Part shown: one piece after another, positions 12,530 through 27,114 of the stretch
Position numbering within the stretch: position 1 is the first letter of the stretch
Layout of the letters: each line of letters begins with the position of its first letter
Assembly (NCBI RefSeq): GCF_006345805.1
Contig: NC_043002.1
Coordinates: 86,614,001-86,678,000, forward strand
Source of the DNA: Octopus sinensis
Taxonomy: Eukaryota
DNA length: 64,000 nucleotides
Direction of reading: 5' to 3'
Translations under genes and position numbers: made by a program
Notes under the pieces: generated by a model
Seen by the model: the letters and a program-made list of their open reading frames with translations, nothing else
What the model was told of the DNA's origin: nothing
Databases searched by the model: none

Positions 12530-12868
12530 TGAAGGCGCATGGCTCAGTGGTTAGAGTGTCGAGCTTACGATCGTGAGGTTGTGAGTTTGAATCCCAGACC
12601 AGGCTGCGTGTTGTGTTCTTGAGCAAGACACTTTATTTCATGTTGCTCCAGTTCACTCAGCTGTAGAAATGAGTTGCGACATCACAGGTGCCAAGCTGTA
12701 TCGGCCCCTTTGCCTTTCTCTTGGATAACACTGGTGGCATGGAGAGGGGAGGCCGGTATGCATGGGCGACTGCTGGTCTTCCATAAACAATCTTGCCCAG
12801 ACTTGTGCTTGGGAGGGTAACTTTCTAGGTGCAAGCCCACGGTCAGTCATGACCGAAGGGGGTCCCAA
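12530..12868 (+). mobile_element. tRNA-derived SINE with V/CORE-like central domain
   Basis: Head ggcgcatggctcagtggttagag...gtttgaatccc, central gtgttcttgagcaagacact; flanked by the direct repeat acaactatcaca (about 12514 and 12873). Confidence 0.8.
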
Positions 12869-14884
12869 TCAAACAACTATCACACAATGTCAAGGCAAGG
12901 AGACAGTAATACACAAACACACACACAGTTGGCATTAAGAAGGGTATCCAAACCAAATCAGACTGGAACCTGGCACCTTCCCAGCTTGCCGGCTCTGGTC
13001 AAACTGCCTAACCCATGCCAGCATGGAAAATGGACAATAAAGGATTACGTAATGATGATGATGATATGTACACATATGACAGGCTTTTTTTCAGCTCCCA
13101 TTTTCCAAATCCACTCACAATGTCTTGGTCAGCTTGGGATGACAGTAGAAGACACTTGGCCAAGGTGTCATGAAGTAGGACTGAATCCCAAACCATGTGG
13201 TTGGGAGGCAAGCTTCTTACCACACAGCCACTTACAAATAAGCATTATTAATAAGCCCCAGGGTTTCTTCTATTGGCAGCTATCTGTATTTATGCTGTCT
13301 TTTTCCTCCCTTATACACATCTTTTCTCATATAGACATCTCTCATGTTACAAGAGAACTGTGTTCCTGACAATATTGTTGTAACATAAAAGTCAATGGAA
13401 GAAATAGGTATCATATGGAACTCCACATTATGGCAAAATCTTTGGAAATTCTATGTACCTTTAATGAATGTGGTGCCTGTATTCATTCTGTTTGAAGTGA
13501 GGTTTATGTGCTATAGACAGACTTGAGAAATTTCTCCTTAGTAAAATATTGTTTCCTACCATTTGAGAAACTGAGGTACTATCACTGAAGTGAAACCAGT
13601 TTTGATTTTCTTTTGATAAAATTCAAAAGATCTTGAGGTAACATTATGTAAAATTTCCTGAAGATAGCTTGCCAAAATAACATCATTTCACTACAAGATA
13701 TATGCCACATTTAACAACTGGCTATGTTTTTGGAGCTCTGTCATGCCATACCAATGTTTATAAATAAATGTCATGCTGGTTCTTCTCTCATATTAAATGA
13801 TAATTTAGCATGCCTCACATGGTTTTAACTGAACACATATTATAAAAGTCTCTCTGACAGCAAATCATATGACATGCCACTACTTTCAGCCAAAGTACAG
13901 TCAAGTTGTTTTACATCTGACTCTCTGCCAAAACCAGATACCACTTGTAAATAAACAGATCAATTATCAGTGGAGTGCTGGAGTGTTTCAACAGGAAAAA
14001 AGTTAAAAAAAAAAAAAGACTCTTGTTTCATAATCGGAAAGAAAATATCATATTCACTTCTATTCAGGAATGAAATGGATGCTCTTGTAGTATAGTGGAT
14101 TTCCTATCATCTCTTCCTGTTTCCATTTACATGTAGGGTGCAACATGTTGACATCTGATCTTACCATTCTTTTCCATATCTTCTTCTATCACGAACTCCC
14201 TGTCCCAAAATCTGAGAAGCATAGATAATGATGAAATCCCAAACCACTTTGTCATGCAATGAACTTCATAACACACATTCATGCTAGCACTTCATTTATA
14301 CACTCTAATAATTACTATAACTCACTGACTACAGTCTATCTTGACCGCAATTAATTAATAAGCTAATGATGCTTCCTCCTCACAGCATGTATAATTCTAA
14401 TTAATAAAAAATTCTTGATTCACCATATTAGATATGTTAGTTCTGACTTTGGAATCAGGATGATCTTGGGATTGAAAATCTGACCTTCATTTGATTCTTG
14501 AACATCCAGCATTGGGATCTGATTTAAAAGCATTTGGATTGCTATTTCTAGCAGGTAAAGCTTGGCTGATTTATGCCATCTTGGTTGGTGTTTGTCAGCT
14601 GGTGTCAGAGATCAAGGGGAAGATAAATGACATTCACTTTGTTAATTTTACATTGAAATAAGAACTTTGGAACAAATTGGCCAATGGTTGGAGCAATAGA
14701 ATGATTGCATTACATAATTAATTCTCACCCATCTCTGATCAAACACCACTGGGGCATATAATCATAATAGACATATTATAGTCATGCTATTTTAGCTCTT
14801 TTTTTGTTTTGGGCCACAGGCCCAATTAACCTTCCCAATTAGCTAGCTTAAAAGTCCACACAGAGTGAGGTTTTTAAACTAGTC

Positions 14885-15258
14885 ATTAATAATAATAATA
14901 ATAATAAACATTGTGTACAGTGCTCAGGTGCACTACAATTCATCGAAAGTGTATATATAATCAGGTGTAGTTTCGACGGATTTCGGAAAACATGAGGGGC
15001 TTAAAGGATGCAGTGTCATGGCAGTCAACAACTGACGCAGGCAGTTTATTCCATGCTTCAGCAACTCTGAGTGTGAAGAAATGTTTCCGAAAGTCATGGG
15101 AGCTGTGTTGTTTTCTGACTTTGTAGGCATGTCCACGTGTGTTAGACACATGGAGATCAAAAAGGTGTTCAGTGTTGTTATTGGTGAGGTGGTTGACAAC
15201 TTTGTGGGTGTTTACCAAGTCCGTCGCCAGACGCCGGAGCTTCAGTGAATCCATGCCC
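14885..15258 (-). mobile_element. 5'-truncated CR1-group LINE 3' end
   Basis: LKLRRLATDL...TRGHAYK...RKHFFTLRVAEAWNKLPASVV, followed by a (TAT)n tail. Confidence 0.85.
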
Positions 15259-16003
15259 AGTTAATAAAGATATAAGACTTCATTATAATGCGATCCCTCT
15301 AAACACATTGCAAAGATGCTTTGTTCCCTCTGATGCAGCTGCCTGTTAATATACCTATAAGATAACAGGACCTTCTCACTTTCCATACCTCATTTGCCAA
15401 AAATTAGAATTATTAAATTGTGGTCTTTGATAATATTCACTCTTTTCCACCACATGATTTTTGATTTTTAAGAACATTAATGTTAATAGTTTGTTGCTGT
15501 TGTTGTTTAGTTCCAGGTCAAATATGTTCGAGCAGACCTGTGATCAAAGGTATTCCAGCTGTGACCATCCCATATTTTTAAGGAGTATCCGGGAGAGATT
15601 AGAGGCTCCTTTAAGTACGTGAACAATAGCATTTCTATGAATTATAATGCTGTGTGTCTCCAAGTAATTATTTTCCAGCAAAGTGTTCCAATCTATAATT
15701 CTGCTAATCCTCTGCACATGAACAACTTTTTCTTGTGAAATCACCAACTGTTTATTGTGACATTTTCATATCTCTCTGGTTAGTATCTGAAACATTAGAG
15801 TTTTCTCTTGCAGCTTATAGTTATGCCAATTGGGATCATGCTGAAGCACCGCCTTTAAGGGATTTTAGCCAATTGTATGGACTAATTCTTATTTTCACAG
15901 TCTCTGTTAAATAGTGTTAACTGTTTTACATGACAAAGGGATGTAACTCAATGTAACAATTATATTAGTAAACATGAACACAGTGGGCTTTCATGCAGTT
16001 TCT

Positions 16004-16418
16004 GGATCTTTTCGGTTTGAACGGCAGTTTTTAACATAATTTCTAGGTAGCTAAAAAATTTTAAACTTCGTATACTGGTAGAATGTATTTATAAAACATC
16101 TTTTCCTCTTGGCTTTATTGAGAAAATTCTATAGTTTGTAAGATATTTGTTGTTGTTTTTCTTCAATTTCTGCAATTTCAACCAATCAGTGATGTCTATT
16201 GAGGTAAATAACATTCTGTGCTGTATGAATATGTCCGTCGTTTAAGAAACAGATTGGGTTTATTTACATTTGTGAAGAAAAAAAGATACCCTTCCCCCAC
16301 CCTAACCCTAACCCTAAAAGAGATTGAAATGCAATAGATCGATTCTAGGGTCATAATTATGGGTGACAATTTCATAAGACACCGCTAGAAAAAACTGCCA
16401 GTCAAACCGAAAAGATAC
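16004..16418 (+). mobile_element. hAT-type MITE, copy D
   Basis: Same TIR; perfect 8-bp TSD cagtttct. Confidence 0.9.
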
Positions 16419-17463
16419 CAGTTTCTATCCCCCAATTATCACTCATAAGATATTAGTCAACCAAAGGCAAAAGTAAAAGACTAAAGTGTTATGCAGTGAG
16501 ATTGAACTTAAAACAATATAGCTCTGAAGCAAACTCATAAAGCTCCATAGCTCATAATGATACCATTAGATAGTTGTATACTTAAACAAGTAAACAGTAA
16601 TACTGACTGTGCGTAGATGTCAATTTACCATAGAATTAATGTTGGTTGTTATGGAAGCGCTTCAGAAAAAAATGCTTCATTATATTTGTTCTGAGTTCAA
16701 ATCCCAGTGAGGTCATCTTAGCTCTTCATTCTTCTGGGCATGATAATATTCAATTAACAATCAAATACTGGGGTTGATATAACTGACAACTCTACTCCCC
16801 TCAGAATTGTAGGCCTTGTGCCTATGTTAGAAACAATTATCTTAGAACCTCTAGCGTAGCTAGAAAGTGTGTCACCTGGGGCAGCCCTTCTGTTTCCCAA
16901 CCCTGGACCCCACAAAAAACACATATTGCCTACAACAGACCCAAAGGTAGTGCCCCTTTAAAAGTGCTGCCCAGGGTAGACTGCCCCTGCCCCCAACTAT
17001 GTTAGTGCTTAGAACCAATAACTGTACTTTTAAGAGAGAGTGTGTCGAGAATGTGTGCTTGTGTATTTTTGGGTCTTTGGGAATACCTTATATCCCATCA
17101 GAAAATACCATATTTCTGGAAAATCTATTGTTTGAGTGCTTTCACTGTCATCACACAAAGGATTTATGGTTGCACAGCAAACTTTAGTCATTAAATTTTC
17201 CTGAAATAAACAAAATAATGAAACACTACAGACAAATGATTCCATTGTTTCTCAGAAAATATGAAAACAAAAAGGAATTGAATAAGTTGACTAGTCAAGT
17301 AGATTCTATGGCCCTGTATTTCCTGAATATCAGGAAATAAATCAAAATAATATTTCATGAATTGAATAAAACCTGAGAGAAAACAAGGATGGCAAATAGA
17401 TGTTTAAAAAAATCTAATATCCATTATCTTATCTCACCATATTCTCACACAATCACTCTTAGG

Positions 17464-17501
<38 letters not shown>

Positions 17502-17686
17502 AAATGATAATAATGATAAAACAGACAGAAAATTGCAATGACTAACATAATTAAGAGTCAAGAAAAGGATATGAGTCATTTCACAGATATGTCCATGGAA
17601 CAACATGTCAGACTTCAAACTTTATATGAACATGCAATTAACTCACTTCCATATTTAAGTCTTCTTAAAGTGTACTTATAAACGTA

Positions 17687-17741
<55 letters not shown>

Positions 17742-17769
17742 CAATAAATATTTATATATATATATTCTT

Positions 17770-18165
17770 TTTTTCTTTTGGTTGTTTCAATAATCTGACT
17801 GCAGCCATACTGGAGCTCCCCTTTTATTCAAGCAAATCAACTCCATGACGTATTATTTGTGAGCCTAGTACTTATACTATTGGTCTCTTGCCGAACTGCT
17901 ATGTTACAGGGATATAAACATACCAGCATTGGTTGTCAAGTGATGTTCGGGGGACAAACACAGACACACAAGCATATACATACACACATACAAACACACA
18001 CATATATATACTACTGGCTTCTTTCAGATTCCGTCTATCAAGTCCACTCACGAGGCTTTGCTTGGCCTGAGGCTATAGAAGACAGTTGCCCTAGGTATCA
18101 CGATCTGGGGCTGAGCCCGGAACCATGTGGTTGGTAAGCAAGCGACTTACCACACAGCCACTCCT
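17770..18165 (-). mobile_element. CORE-type SINE copy (older)
   Basis: Same family as 3585-4125, more diverged. Confidence 0.75.
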
Positions 18166-18175
18166 GTGCCTATAT

Positions 18176-18811
18176 CATCATCATCATCATCGTTTAACGC
18201 TTGCTTTCCATGCTAGCATGGCTCGGACGGTTCGACTGGGGTTTGGGAAGCCAGGAGACTGCACCAGGCCCAGTTTGATCTGGCAGTGTTTCTACAGCTG
18301 GATGCCCTTCCTAATGCCAACCACTCCGTGAGTGTAGTGGGTGCCTTTTACATGCCAGGCGAGGCTGGCAATGGCCACGATCGGTTGGTGCTTTTTACGT
18401 GTCACCGGCACGGAGGCCAGTTGGGGCGGCGCTGGCAATGGCCACATTCAGATGGTTCTTTTATGTGCCACAACTACAATTTCCATTGATTTTTGAGCGA
18501 TTTCAATTCCGATTTCACTTGCCTCAACAGGTCTTCACAAGCAGAGTTTTGTGTCCCAAGAAGGAAAGGTATGCATAAGTGGGCTGGCTACATCCCAGGT
18601 AGAGGCCACGGGTTATGGCTTCACTTGTCCTGCTGGGTCTTCTCACGCACAGCATACTTCCAAAGGTCTCGGTCACTAGACATTGCCTCGGTGAGACCTA
18701 ATGTTCGAAGGTTATGCTTCACCGCCTCGTCCCAGGTTTTCCTGGGTCTACCTCTTCCACAGGTTCCCTCAACCGCTAGGGTGTGGCACTTTTTCACACA
18801 ACTATCTTCAT

Positions 18812-18813
<2 letters not shown>
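18176..18813 (-). mobile_element. 5'-truncated RTE LINE (ORF C-terminus, 3'UTR, GAT tail)
   Basis: CVKKCHTLAVEGTCGRGRPRKTWDEAVKHNLRTLGL; tail (GAT)n; same family as 42280-46975. Confidence 0.85.
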
Positions 18814-18861
<48 letters not shown>

Positions 18862-18869
18862 CTCTTACT

Positions 18870-19074
18870 CTCTTTACTCTTTTACTTGTTTCAGTCATGC
18901 TGGAGCACTGCCTTTAGTCAACCAAATCGACTCCAGGACTTATTCTTTGTAAGCCTAGTACTTATTCTATCGGTGTCTTTTGCTGAACCACTAAGTTACA
19001 GGGACGTAAACACACCCGCATCGGTTGTCAAGCGATGTTGGGGTGGGACAAACACAGACACACATACATATATA

Positions 19075-19075
<1 letters not shown>
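18870..19075 (-). mobile_element. CORE-type SINE 3' half abutting a large microsatellite
   Basis: Family tail sequence runs into the ACAT/AT array. Confidence 0.75.
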
Positions 19076-19770
<695 letters not shown>

Positions 19771-19774
19771 ATGA

Positions 19775-20640
19775 GTGAGGTACTGAATGGCCACTCAGAA
19801 GATTCAGCAGACCTTTGGCAATGATGCCATGGAAAAAACTTAGATCAAAGAGTGGTACAACTGCTTCAAATATGGCCACACTTCAGTGGACAGTGAGGAA
19901 TGCTCATGCAGGCCATCAACAAGCTGAAACATGGAGCTGTTTGAGAAGGGGGATCGGTGAATAGTCATGGAAGATCATGTAATAATCCAGGAAACTGAAA
20001 TGCGAATAAGTACAGGAGTAGTGCGTTCTATTGAAAAGGAGGCTTTGAGCATGCATGTTGGTAAAATTTGTCCCCAAACCCCATGTGGAAACCAGTCAGG
20101 ACAGGAAATGCTGGATTGTGCAAACTACAACCCAGACTTCATGAAGACCACCAGCACTAGTGATGAGGCGTAGGTTTAGGGTCACTGATTGACGTGTTTG
20201 GTTATCTTGCATGAAAATGAAAATCTGACAAGCGCACACTATGTCTGTGTACCAGGTATAATGATGCGAAGGCGGCGAGCTGGCAGAAACGTTAGCACAC
20301 CGGGCGAAATGCGTAGCCGTACTTTGTCTGCCATTACGTTCTGAGTTCAAATTCCGCCGAGGTCGACTTTGCTTTTCATCCTTTCGTGGTCAATAAATTA
20401 AGTACCAGTTACACACTGGGGTCGATGTAATTGACTTAATCCCTTTGTCTGTCCTTGTTTGTCCTCTCAGTGTTTAGCCCCTTGAGGGTAGTACAGAAAT
20501 AGGTATAATGCTGGGAACTGATGTGGTCTACTGGTGCAAAAATTTTCCCACATGTGCATGAAAGATGGCATCATCCTTCATGTATTTTCCCCACATGGCA
20601 TTAGTTTTGACAGGAGTTGGATAATCTTTGAACACATCTC
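19775..20640 (+). mobile_element. Degenerate, internally deleted mariner transposon with nested SINE
   Basis: Decayed frame [32 protein letters not shown]...EMLDCANYNPDFMKTTSTSDE. The region 20505-20640 is an inverted match to the mariner-like end at 23287. Confidence 0.75.
20270..20503 (+). mobile_element. tRNA-related SINE with ttcatcctttcggggtcgataaa central domain
   Basis: gcggcgagctggcagaaacgttagc head and gagttcaaattccgccgaggtcgac. Copies at 32785 (+) and 53225 (-), plus many decayed ones. Confidence 0.8.
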
Positions 20641-21403
20641 AGTTCTATTGCTTGTTCTGGCATGGCTCCTACAGCTGGATGCCCTTCTTAATGGCAGCTT
20701 TGTGTCTGTATTTGTCTCCGATCACAATTTGACAATCAGTGTTGGTGTGTTTATATCCCAGTAACATAGCAGTTCAGCAAAAGAAACCAATAGAATAAGT
20801 GCCAAGTTTTAAGGAAAAAAAGTACTAAAGTCAATTCCTTTGGTTAAAATCCTTCAAAGTAATGCACCAGTATGACCACAGTCAAACAAGTAAAAGACAG
20901 ACAGACATACATACAAGCATATATATGACTGCAACAATATATGTACCATTTTAAGTATTATAAATGTCAAAGAGTCAATTTGTCCCAATTTGAAGAGGAA
21001 ATAACTACTGCTAAATTATAAGCATCACTATCAATTTAGCATTTTTTCATGTTTACTTATGTTGATAGGTCTTTTCTAGCAAAATGTCTTGGTTTCTTGT
21101 TAGGTTTTGTAACAATTCCCTAAATGCTACATCAGAGGTTTGCCAAAAGCCTAGTAAATCTAGATTCACTAGATTAACTTTGAATGATTTTTATAATAAT
21201 TAGAATTCTTAATAACACAACAATTATAAATTATACATCTTTATAATACTAAAATTCAGTCTGTCTTCTGCAATTTCAGTGAAAAAGGTACATTGCATCA
21301 ATAAAATGTTTCACTTAATATATACTTTAACACAAGCATTTTTTCCTAAAATAACTTATGGTTCATTTCTTGTCCTTCAGGCACCCTAAACAGAAAAACG
21401 TTG

Positions 21404-21942
21404 GAATCTTTTCGGTTTGAACGGCAGTTTTTAGCATAATTTCTAGGTAACTAAAAAATTTTAAACTTCGTATACTGGTAGAATGTGTTTATAAAACATC
21501 TTTTTCTCTTGGCTTTATTGAGAAAGTTCTATAGTTTGTAAGATATTTGTTGTTTTTTTTTTCTTCAATTTCTGCAATTTCAACCAATCAATGACGTCTA
21601 TTGAGGTAAAAAAACAACATTCTGTGCCGTATGAATATGTCCCTCGTTTAAGAAACAGATTGGGTTTATTTACATTTGTGAAGAAAAAAAGATACCCTTC
21701 CCACCACCCCTAACTGTAACTAACCCTAACCCTAAAACAGATTGAAATGCAATAGATCGATACTAGGGTCATAATTATGGGTGACAATTTCATATGACAC
21801 CGCTAGACAAAACTGCCGTTCAAACCGAAAAGATCCCTTATCTGTTTCTTGGAGATCCCTCGCCGATAATATTTTTACCTTTTTACTTTTTACATGTCTC
21901 AGTCATTAGACTGCGGCCATACCGTTCAAACCGAAAAGATCC
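21404..21942 (+). mobile_element. hAT-type MITE, copy E, with duplicated right end and captured filler
   Basis: TSD aaacgttg (21396-21403 and 21943-21950) flanks the whole unit; right TIR occurs at 21836 and again at 21942. Confidence 0.85.
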
Positions 21943-22177
21943 AAACGTTGTTTATTATTGTACAATACAGATAAGTAATTTTCAACCATTCATGAAATGG
22001 AAACAATTCTTGGTATCAATACACACTAACAAACACACAGACATATCATAAAGAAAGGGGGTGGGATCACATAATTTTAATGTGTTCTGTCTTACAAACA
22101 GAATATCACATATGTGTCTGTATCTCCCCCTCTTTCTATACATATGTGTTTGTGTGTGTGTGTGTGTGTGTGTCACA

Positions 22178-22407
22178 TTAACCCTTTAGTGTTTGCATTA
22201 TTCTACCAAAATTAATGCTTTTTCATCCAAATTGTTTTGAACTAATCATTCATTAATCTTGTAGTTATGAGATTTTGATGAGGTAGCTGTTAATTTTTAA
22301 AACGATATTGTAGGGTTGGTGTGAGAGACCAGATCTGGTCAGTTTGAACATAAAACAGGCAGAATACTTTTGGCCGGATATGGCTAGTTTAAATGCTAAA
22401 GGGTTAA
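22178..22407 (+). mobile_element. piggyBac-type MITE
   Basis: TTAA-CCCTTTAG...CTAAAGGG-TTAA. Confidence 0.85.
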
Positions 22408-22864
22408 AGCACCCATGTGACGCCACATAAAAATGCCCATGCAGCACCATGTAAAAACACCTGTGCAGCACCACATGCAGCACCCAGCACACTCTGTAAA
22501 ATGATTAGCATTAGGAAGGTCATCCAGCTGTTGAGACGATGCCAAATCAGACTGGAGTCTGGTGCAGCTCTGGTCAAACTGTCCAACCCATATTAATATG
22601 GACATCATGTGTGTCTTACAAACAGAACATCACGTGTGTGTAGTTGTGTGTGTGTGTGTGTGTGTGTGCCCCATAATAGCATCCATGTGGCACCAAGTAA
22701 AAGCACCTATGCAGTGCCACATAAAAGCATCCAGCACACTCTGTAAAATGGTTGGTGTTAGGAAGGGCATCCAGCCGTAGAAACTATGCCAGATCAGACT
22801 GGAGTCTGATGCAGCTCTGGTCAAACCAAATAACCCACATCAAAATGGACAATGGATGTTAAAT

Positions 22865-23270
22865 ACTCTTTTACTTTTTTACTTGTTTCAGTCATTTGAC
22901 TGTGGACATGCTGGAGCACCGCCTTTAGTCGAGCAAATCGACCCCGGGACTTATTCTTTGTAAGCCCAGTACTTATTCTATCGGTCTCTTTTGCCAAACC
23001 GCTAAGTGATGGGGACATAAACACACCAGCATCGGTTGTCAAGCGATGTTGGGGGGACAAACACAGACACACAAACATACACACAACACATATATATACA
23101 TATATACGACAGGCTTCTTTCAGTTTCCGTCTACCAAATCCACTCACAAGGCATTGGTCGGCCCGGGGCTATAGCAGAAGACACTGGCCCAAGATGCCAC
23201 GCAGCGGGACTGAACACGGAACCATGTGGTTGGTTAGCAAGCTACTTACCACACAGCCACTCCTGCGCCT
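22865..23270 (-). mobile_element. CORE-type SINE, young full-length copy
   Basis: Complete head-core-tail with CpGs largely intact. Confidence 0.85.
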
Positions 23271-23286
23271 AAGATGATGATATATA

Positions 23287-23400
23287 TACAAGGTGCATTC
23301 AAAAAGTATTCGACTTATTTTTCCTGCCAAAACTAATGACACATGGGCAAAATACTTTGGGCAGGAGGTGACATTTAACAAAATGTTGAGAAACCATGGA
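23287..23400 (+). mobile_element. Mariner terminal fragment
   Basis: TA-caaggtgcattcaaaaagtattcg resembles mariner TIRs; homologous to 20505-20640. Confidence 0.55.
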
Positions 23401-23499
23401 TTTTTTAATCGACATTCTAAACCATATCTTATAAATTATAAATTATATGCTTCAGCATGGCTGCAGTCACATGACTGAAACAAGTAAAAGGTAAAAGAT

Positions 23500-23670
23500 G
23501 TGTGAGTGTGTGTGTGTGTGAGTGTGTATTTATGTGTGTGAGTGAGTTTATGTGAGTGTGTGTGTGTGGGGGTGAGTGTGTTTGTGTGTGTGTGTGAGTT
23601 TATGTGTGTTAGTGTATGTATGTGTGTGTGTGTGTGTTTATGTGTGTGAGTGTGTGTGTGTGTGTTTTTG
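23500..23670. repeat. Imperfect (GT)n/(GTGA)n microsatellite
   Basis: Direct inspection. Confidence 0.9.
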
Positions 23671-25626
23671 CAACAAGAATATATGAGGGGCTTACTTTCA
23701 AAGCCAGTATAAGTGCATATTTGGTTGATTTCATGATAACCATTAAAACACAATCTGCAAGCTGCTAGCTTCATGCATGTGAAATTTTTTTCAGTCATAC
23801 TAGGATAGATGCCATATAGACAGTAGGCATATCTTAGTCTTCCAATCAAAATCAGATATATTTAAGTTGTTGTTTCCTCAATTACTCAAAAGTCATTCTG
23901 ATGCATATATATCTGGTTTTGAAAGTAAGCTCTTCATATACCTGGTTCATTTGCATGTTGCATTTTAATCTCAGATCAGCCCTGACTGAGCAAGACCTAT
24001 GATCATCCCATATTTTTCTTTGGCGCAGCGTACTCAGAACCATATAATTAAATGTACCCCTCCTGGAAGAGATCATTGCCTTTCCTAACTAGAAGCATTA
24101 CAATACCCGTAACCCAATCATTTAGGGATGTAAAGGGTACCTTTATGCTTTGCATAGCCCAAAAACTCTGCAACATAACAAAATGTTGCTGGTCCTTGGG
24201 TGGGGGTCTCTTACCCTGAAGATTCCTACAAGCTTTGCAGAATATGCTTACCCATTTTATATGTTACATAGAAAAGAATAGAGTAATATTGATTAAATTG
24301 TACATGATCAATAATTATCAGTTGCAAGTGCCATAGAGATTCTGTGAATTGATTTTAATTTCCTAGTTGAAACCAGTTCTCTATACTATATTGAAAATAT
24401 ACTGCATAGATTGTCATAGTCGGCATTGTGTTGTTACTTCCTTCTACAGTTGCTTATTGAAATGTGAAAAAATTATTAAAAATGTAAAAAGGAAACACAC
24501 ATATCTGTTGCAAATAATATATAACATTGTGTTCTAAATTTATGCAGAATTATGATAATTCTCATTCAACAAATTGGCCACCATCTGCATTCTTTATTTC
24601 CCAGGCAAAACTGGGCATTATTCTAGTTTCTTATATGTACAAAATGTTAACTTTCACTTTTTTACCTTCTGGATTTCCATCACTAACAATAAACATAACT
24701 AGCAATTGTGAGACTTTCCCCACACACAGTCTAACACAAGTAGCTATTATACTATCTATTCTGTTCATATCCTTGAGAAAGTCACAAATCTTATACAATC
24801 TTAAACCCCTTTCCTCTAAATTTGTAGCTTTGCATTTTAAATAAGATATTTATATTAATCTTTACTTGTTAAAGTCATTGGACTGTGGCCATGTTAAGAC
24901 TGGTATTATTCTGATGGTCTTTTTTAGATGAAGCGCCAACTGATAGGGACATAAACAAACTAACACTGGTTGTCAAGTGATGAGAGACAAACACAGACAA
25001 ATGAAAATACATGCACACATACACATACATACATACAGATAGATAGACACATACATACACGCACACAGATAGATAGATGTAAATACATATGATAGATTTT
25101 CACACAGTTTCTACCAAGCAAATTCACTCACAAAGCATTGGTTAACCTAAAACCATAGTAGAAGACACTTACCCACATTTCTGCATGAATGGGACTGAAC
25201 CTGAAACCACATGGTTGCAAACCAAATCTCTTAACCATAAATCTATGCTTCATCTGTCACGTCTGCACCTAAAATTGATTATCTTCCCAGTGTGGAACTT
25301 GAATCAATGACTTTGAGATTAAAAGTTTTGTGCACCATTGATTGTGCAAGTCAGGTTGTTGGTTGCTCTATCTAGCTGAGTTATTAGGTTGTCACTCCTT
25401 ATATGAAACAGACTTCCAACTAAAAAAAACTGGTATCAAAACTTGTCCTCCTTGCCTTTCATTTATTTTATTTTCTAGTATTTCACTCACTCCTTAATTA
25501 TATATCACCACTGACCTGAAAATCTTCACCATGAATGATTATTAGAATAAATACTGATGGTATAAACAAAACATTCAGTTCATTATTAGTTAACAAAGTA
25601 TCTTAAGAAAATCTGTCTTTATTAAA

Positions 25627-26264
25627 TTATAACATAGTTTTCTTTATTAAATAAACATAACATGGGTAAGGCTCAGAGCCAGCCGATGTGAAACTTAGGT
25701 GATACTGATGAGCTGAATGCTTTTGAATTGCAATGAATAAAATATCATAATGGATATCAGGATCTTCATCAGTAAATTGCATGAAGCAACCTCCTGGTCT
25801 CAAAATTCGTAAAGATTCCTCTAATAAAGAAGCAAACTTTTGCATTCTCCTTTCTTTGATGTCATCCTTCAAAAGACTATCCATTGTTCCCTTATCGACA
25901 ACAATATCAAACACATTGTCCTTGTATGGAAGAAGGCAGGCATCAGCAACTATACCATCAAAACCAGAAGACAGATTAACCTTTGGAACAACAGAACAAA
26001 GTTTCTTTTGGTGTTCAATGACACTTGATACATAGTCTAAGCTGTGGACAAATATAGGATGCTGAGATTTTTTAAGAAGTTTTTGAGAGACAGAAGACAT
26101 TCCACAACCTAAGTCCAAAATTGTACTTCCCTGGACAATAGAAAGTTGATATAATACAGAGTTTGAAACCGTTTCTGAATTTAGCAGCCAATCGAATTCG
26201 TTTTGTTCTCCTAAATTCTTCTTATAGTGATATTTCCAGTATTTTAGTTTACTTAATGCTTCAC
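25627..26264 (-). CDS. CSKMT: Citrate synthase lysine N-methyltransferase-like (CSKMT/METTL12), terminal coding exon, 211 aa plus stop
   Basis: Acceptor tttatttcag|GT GAA (phase 1). Class I SAM motifs FDW, ILDLGCG, LDY, ADA, VDKGTMD, LRILRPGG, plus KSQHP and QFTDEDPD, which match METTL12 KSPHP and QFSDEDPD as I recall them. Confidence 0.8.
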
Positions 26265-26871
26265 CTGAAATAAACAAAGTAAAACTATTTACAAGGTGAA
26301 AAATCCAATAACAAATAAAGTAGTCAGTACGACACAGAAGAACATGAAAAATAGAAAAGAAACCTACCCACAACTCACACACTACACAGTTACTACCCAA
26401 TAATACAACATAACCCAGATAGCATATATTCCATATAATCACCAGTCAATACTAAAAAATGACACAACCCACACAGCACATATCCCACATACTCATTATC
26501 AAACACTAAAACACATACCACAACAGACACAGCATATAACTACCTGACACTAAAACACTAACGCACATAACACATGGTTCTCAACCATTTTTGGCCTATG
26601 GACCCCCTTTAATACCTATTTTACTAGGATGGACACTCATATCCATTTGATGTTTAAAAAATCCTAGGCATGGGAAATGCATGTGTGGTAAGAAGCTTGC
26701 TTCCCAACCACATGGTTCCATATTCAGTCCCACTGCATGGTACCTTGGGCAAATGTCTTCTACTATAGCCTGGGGGCAACCAAAGCCTTGGGTGGATTTA
26801 GTAGATGGAAACTGAAAGAATCCCGTGATATATACACACACACACACATATATATATATATGTGTGTGTGT

Positions 26872-27080
26872 GGAGTCGCAATGGCCCAGTGGTTAAGGCA
26901 GCAGACTCGCGGTCATAGGATCGCGGTCTCGATTCCCAGATTGGGTGTTGCGAGTGTTTATTGAGCGAAAACACCTAAAAGGCTCCGGCAGGGGGTGGTG
27001 TCATTCAAAGGCTAAGACAATGCGAATGCATTGTGAACAGCGATGTGTAACAACATCTGATGGTCTAGTCGGTCACGTGA
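26872..27080 (+). mobile_element. tRNA-derived SINE (third family, cacgtgat tail)
   Basis: aatggcccagtggttaagg A box and tcgattccc B box; homologous to 32270-32565 and 62180-62470 on the minus strand. Confidence 0.8.
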
Positions 27081-27114
27081 TCACGTGATATATATATATA
27101 TATATATCACGTGA

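Noticed and set aside
26265-26442. N-terminal 59 aa of the 271-aa methyltransferase ORF
   Set aside because: Low-complexity TG-rich sequence upstream of a strong acceptor; most likely intron.
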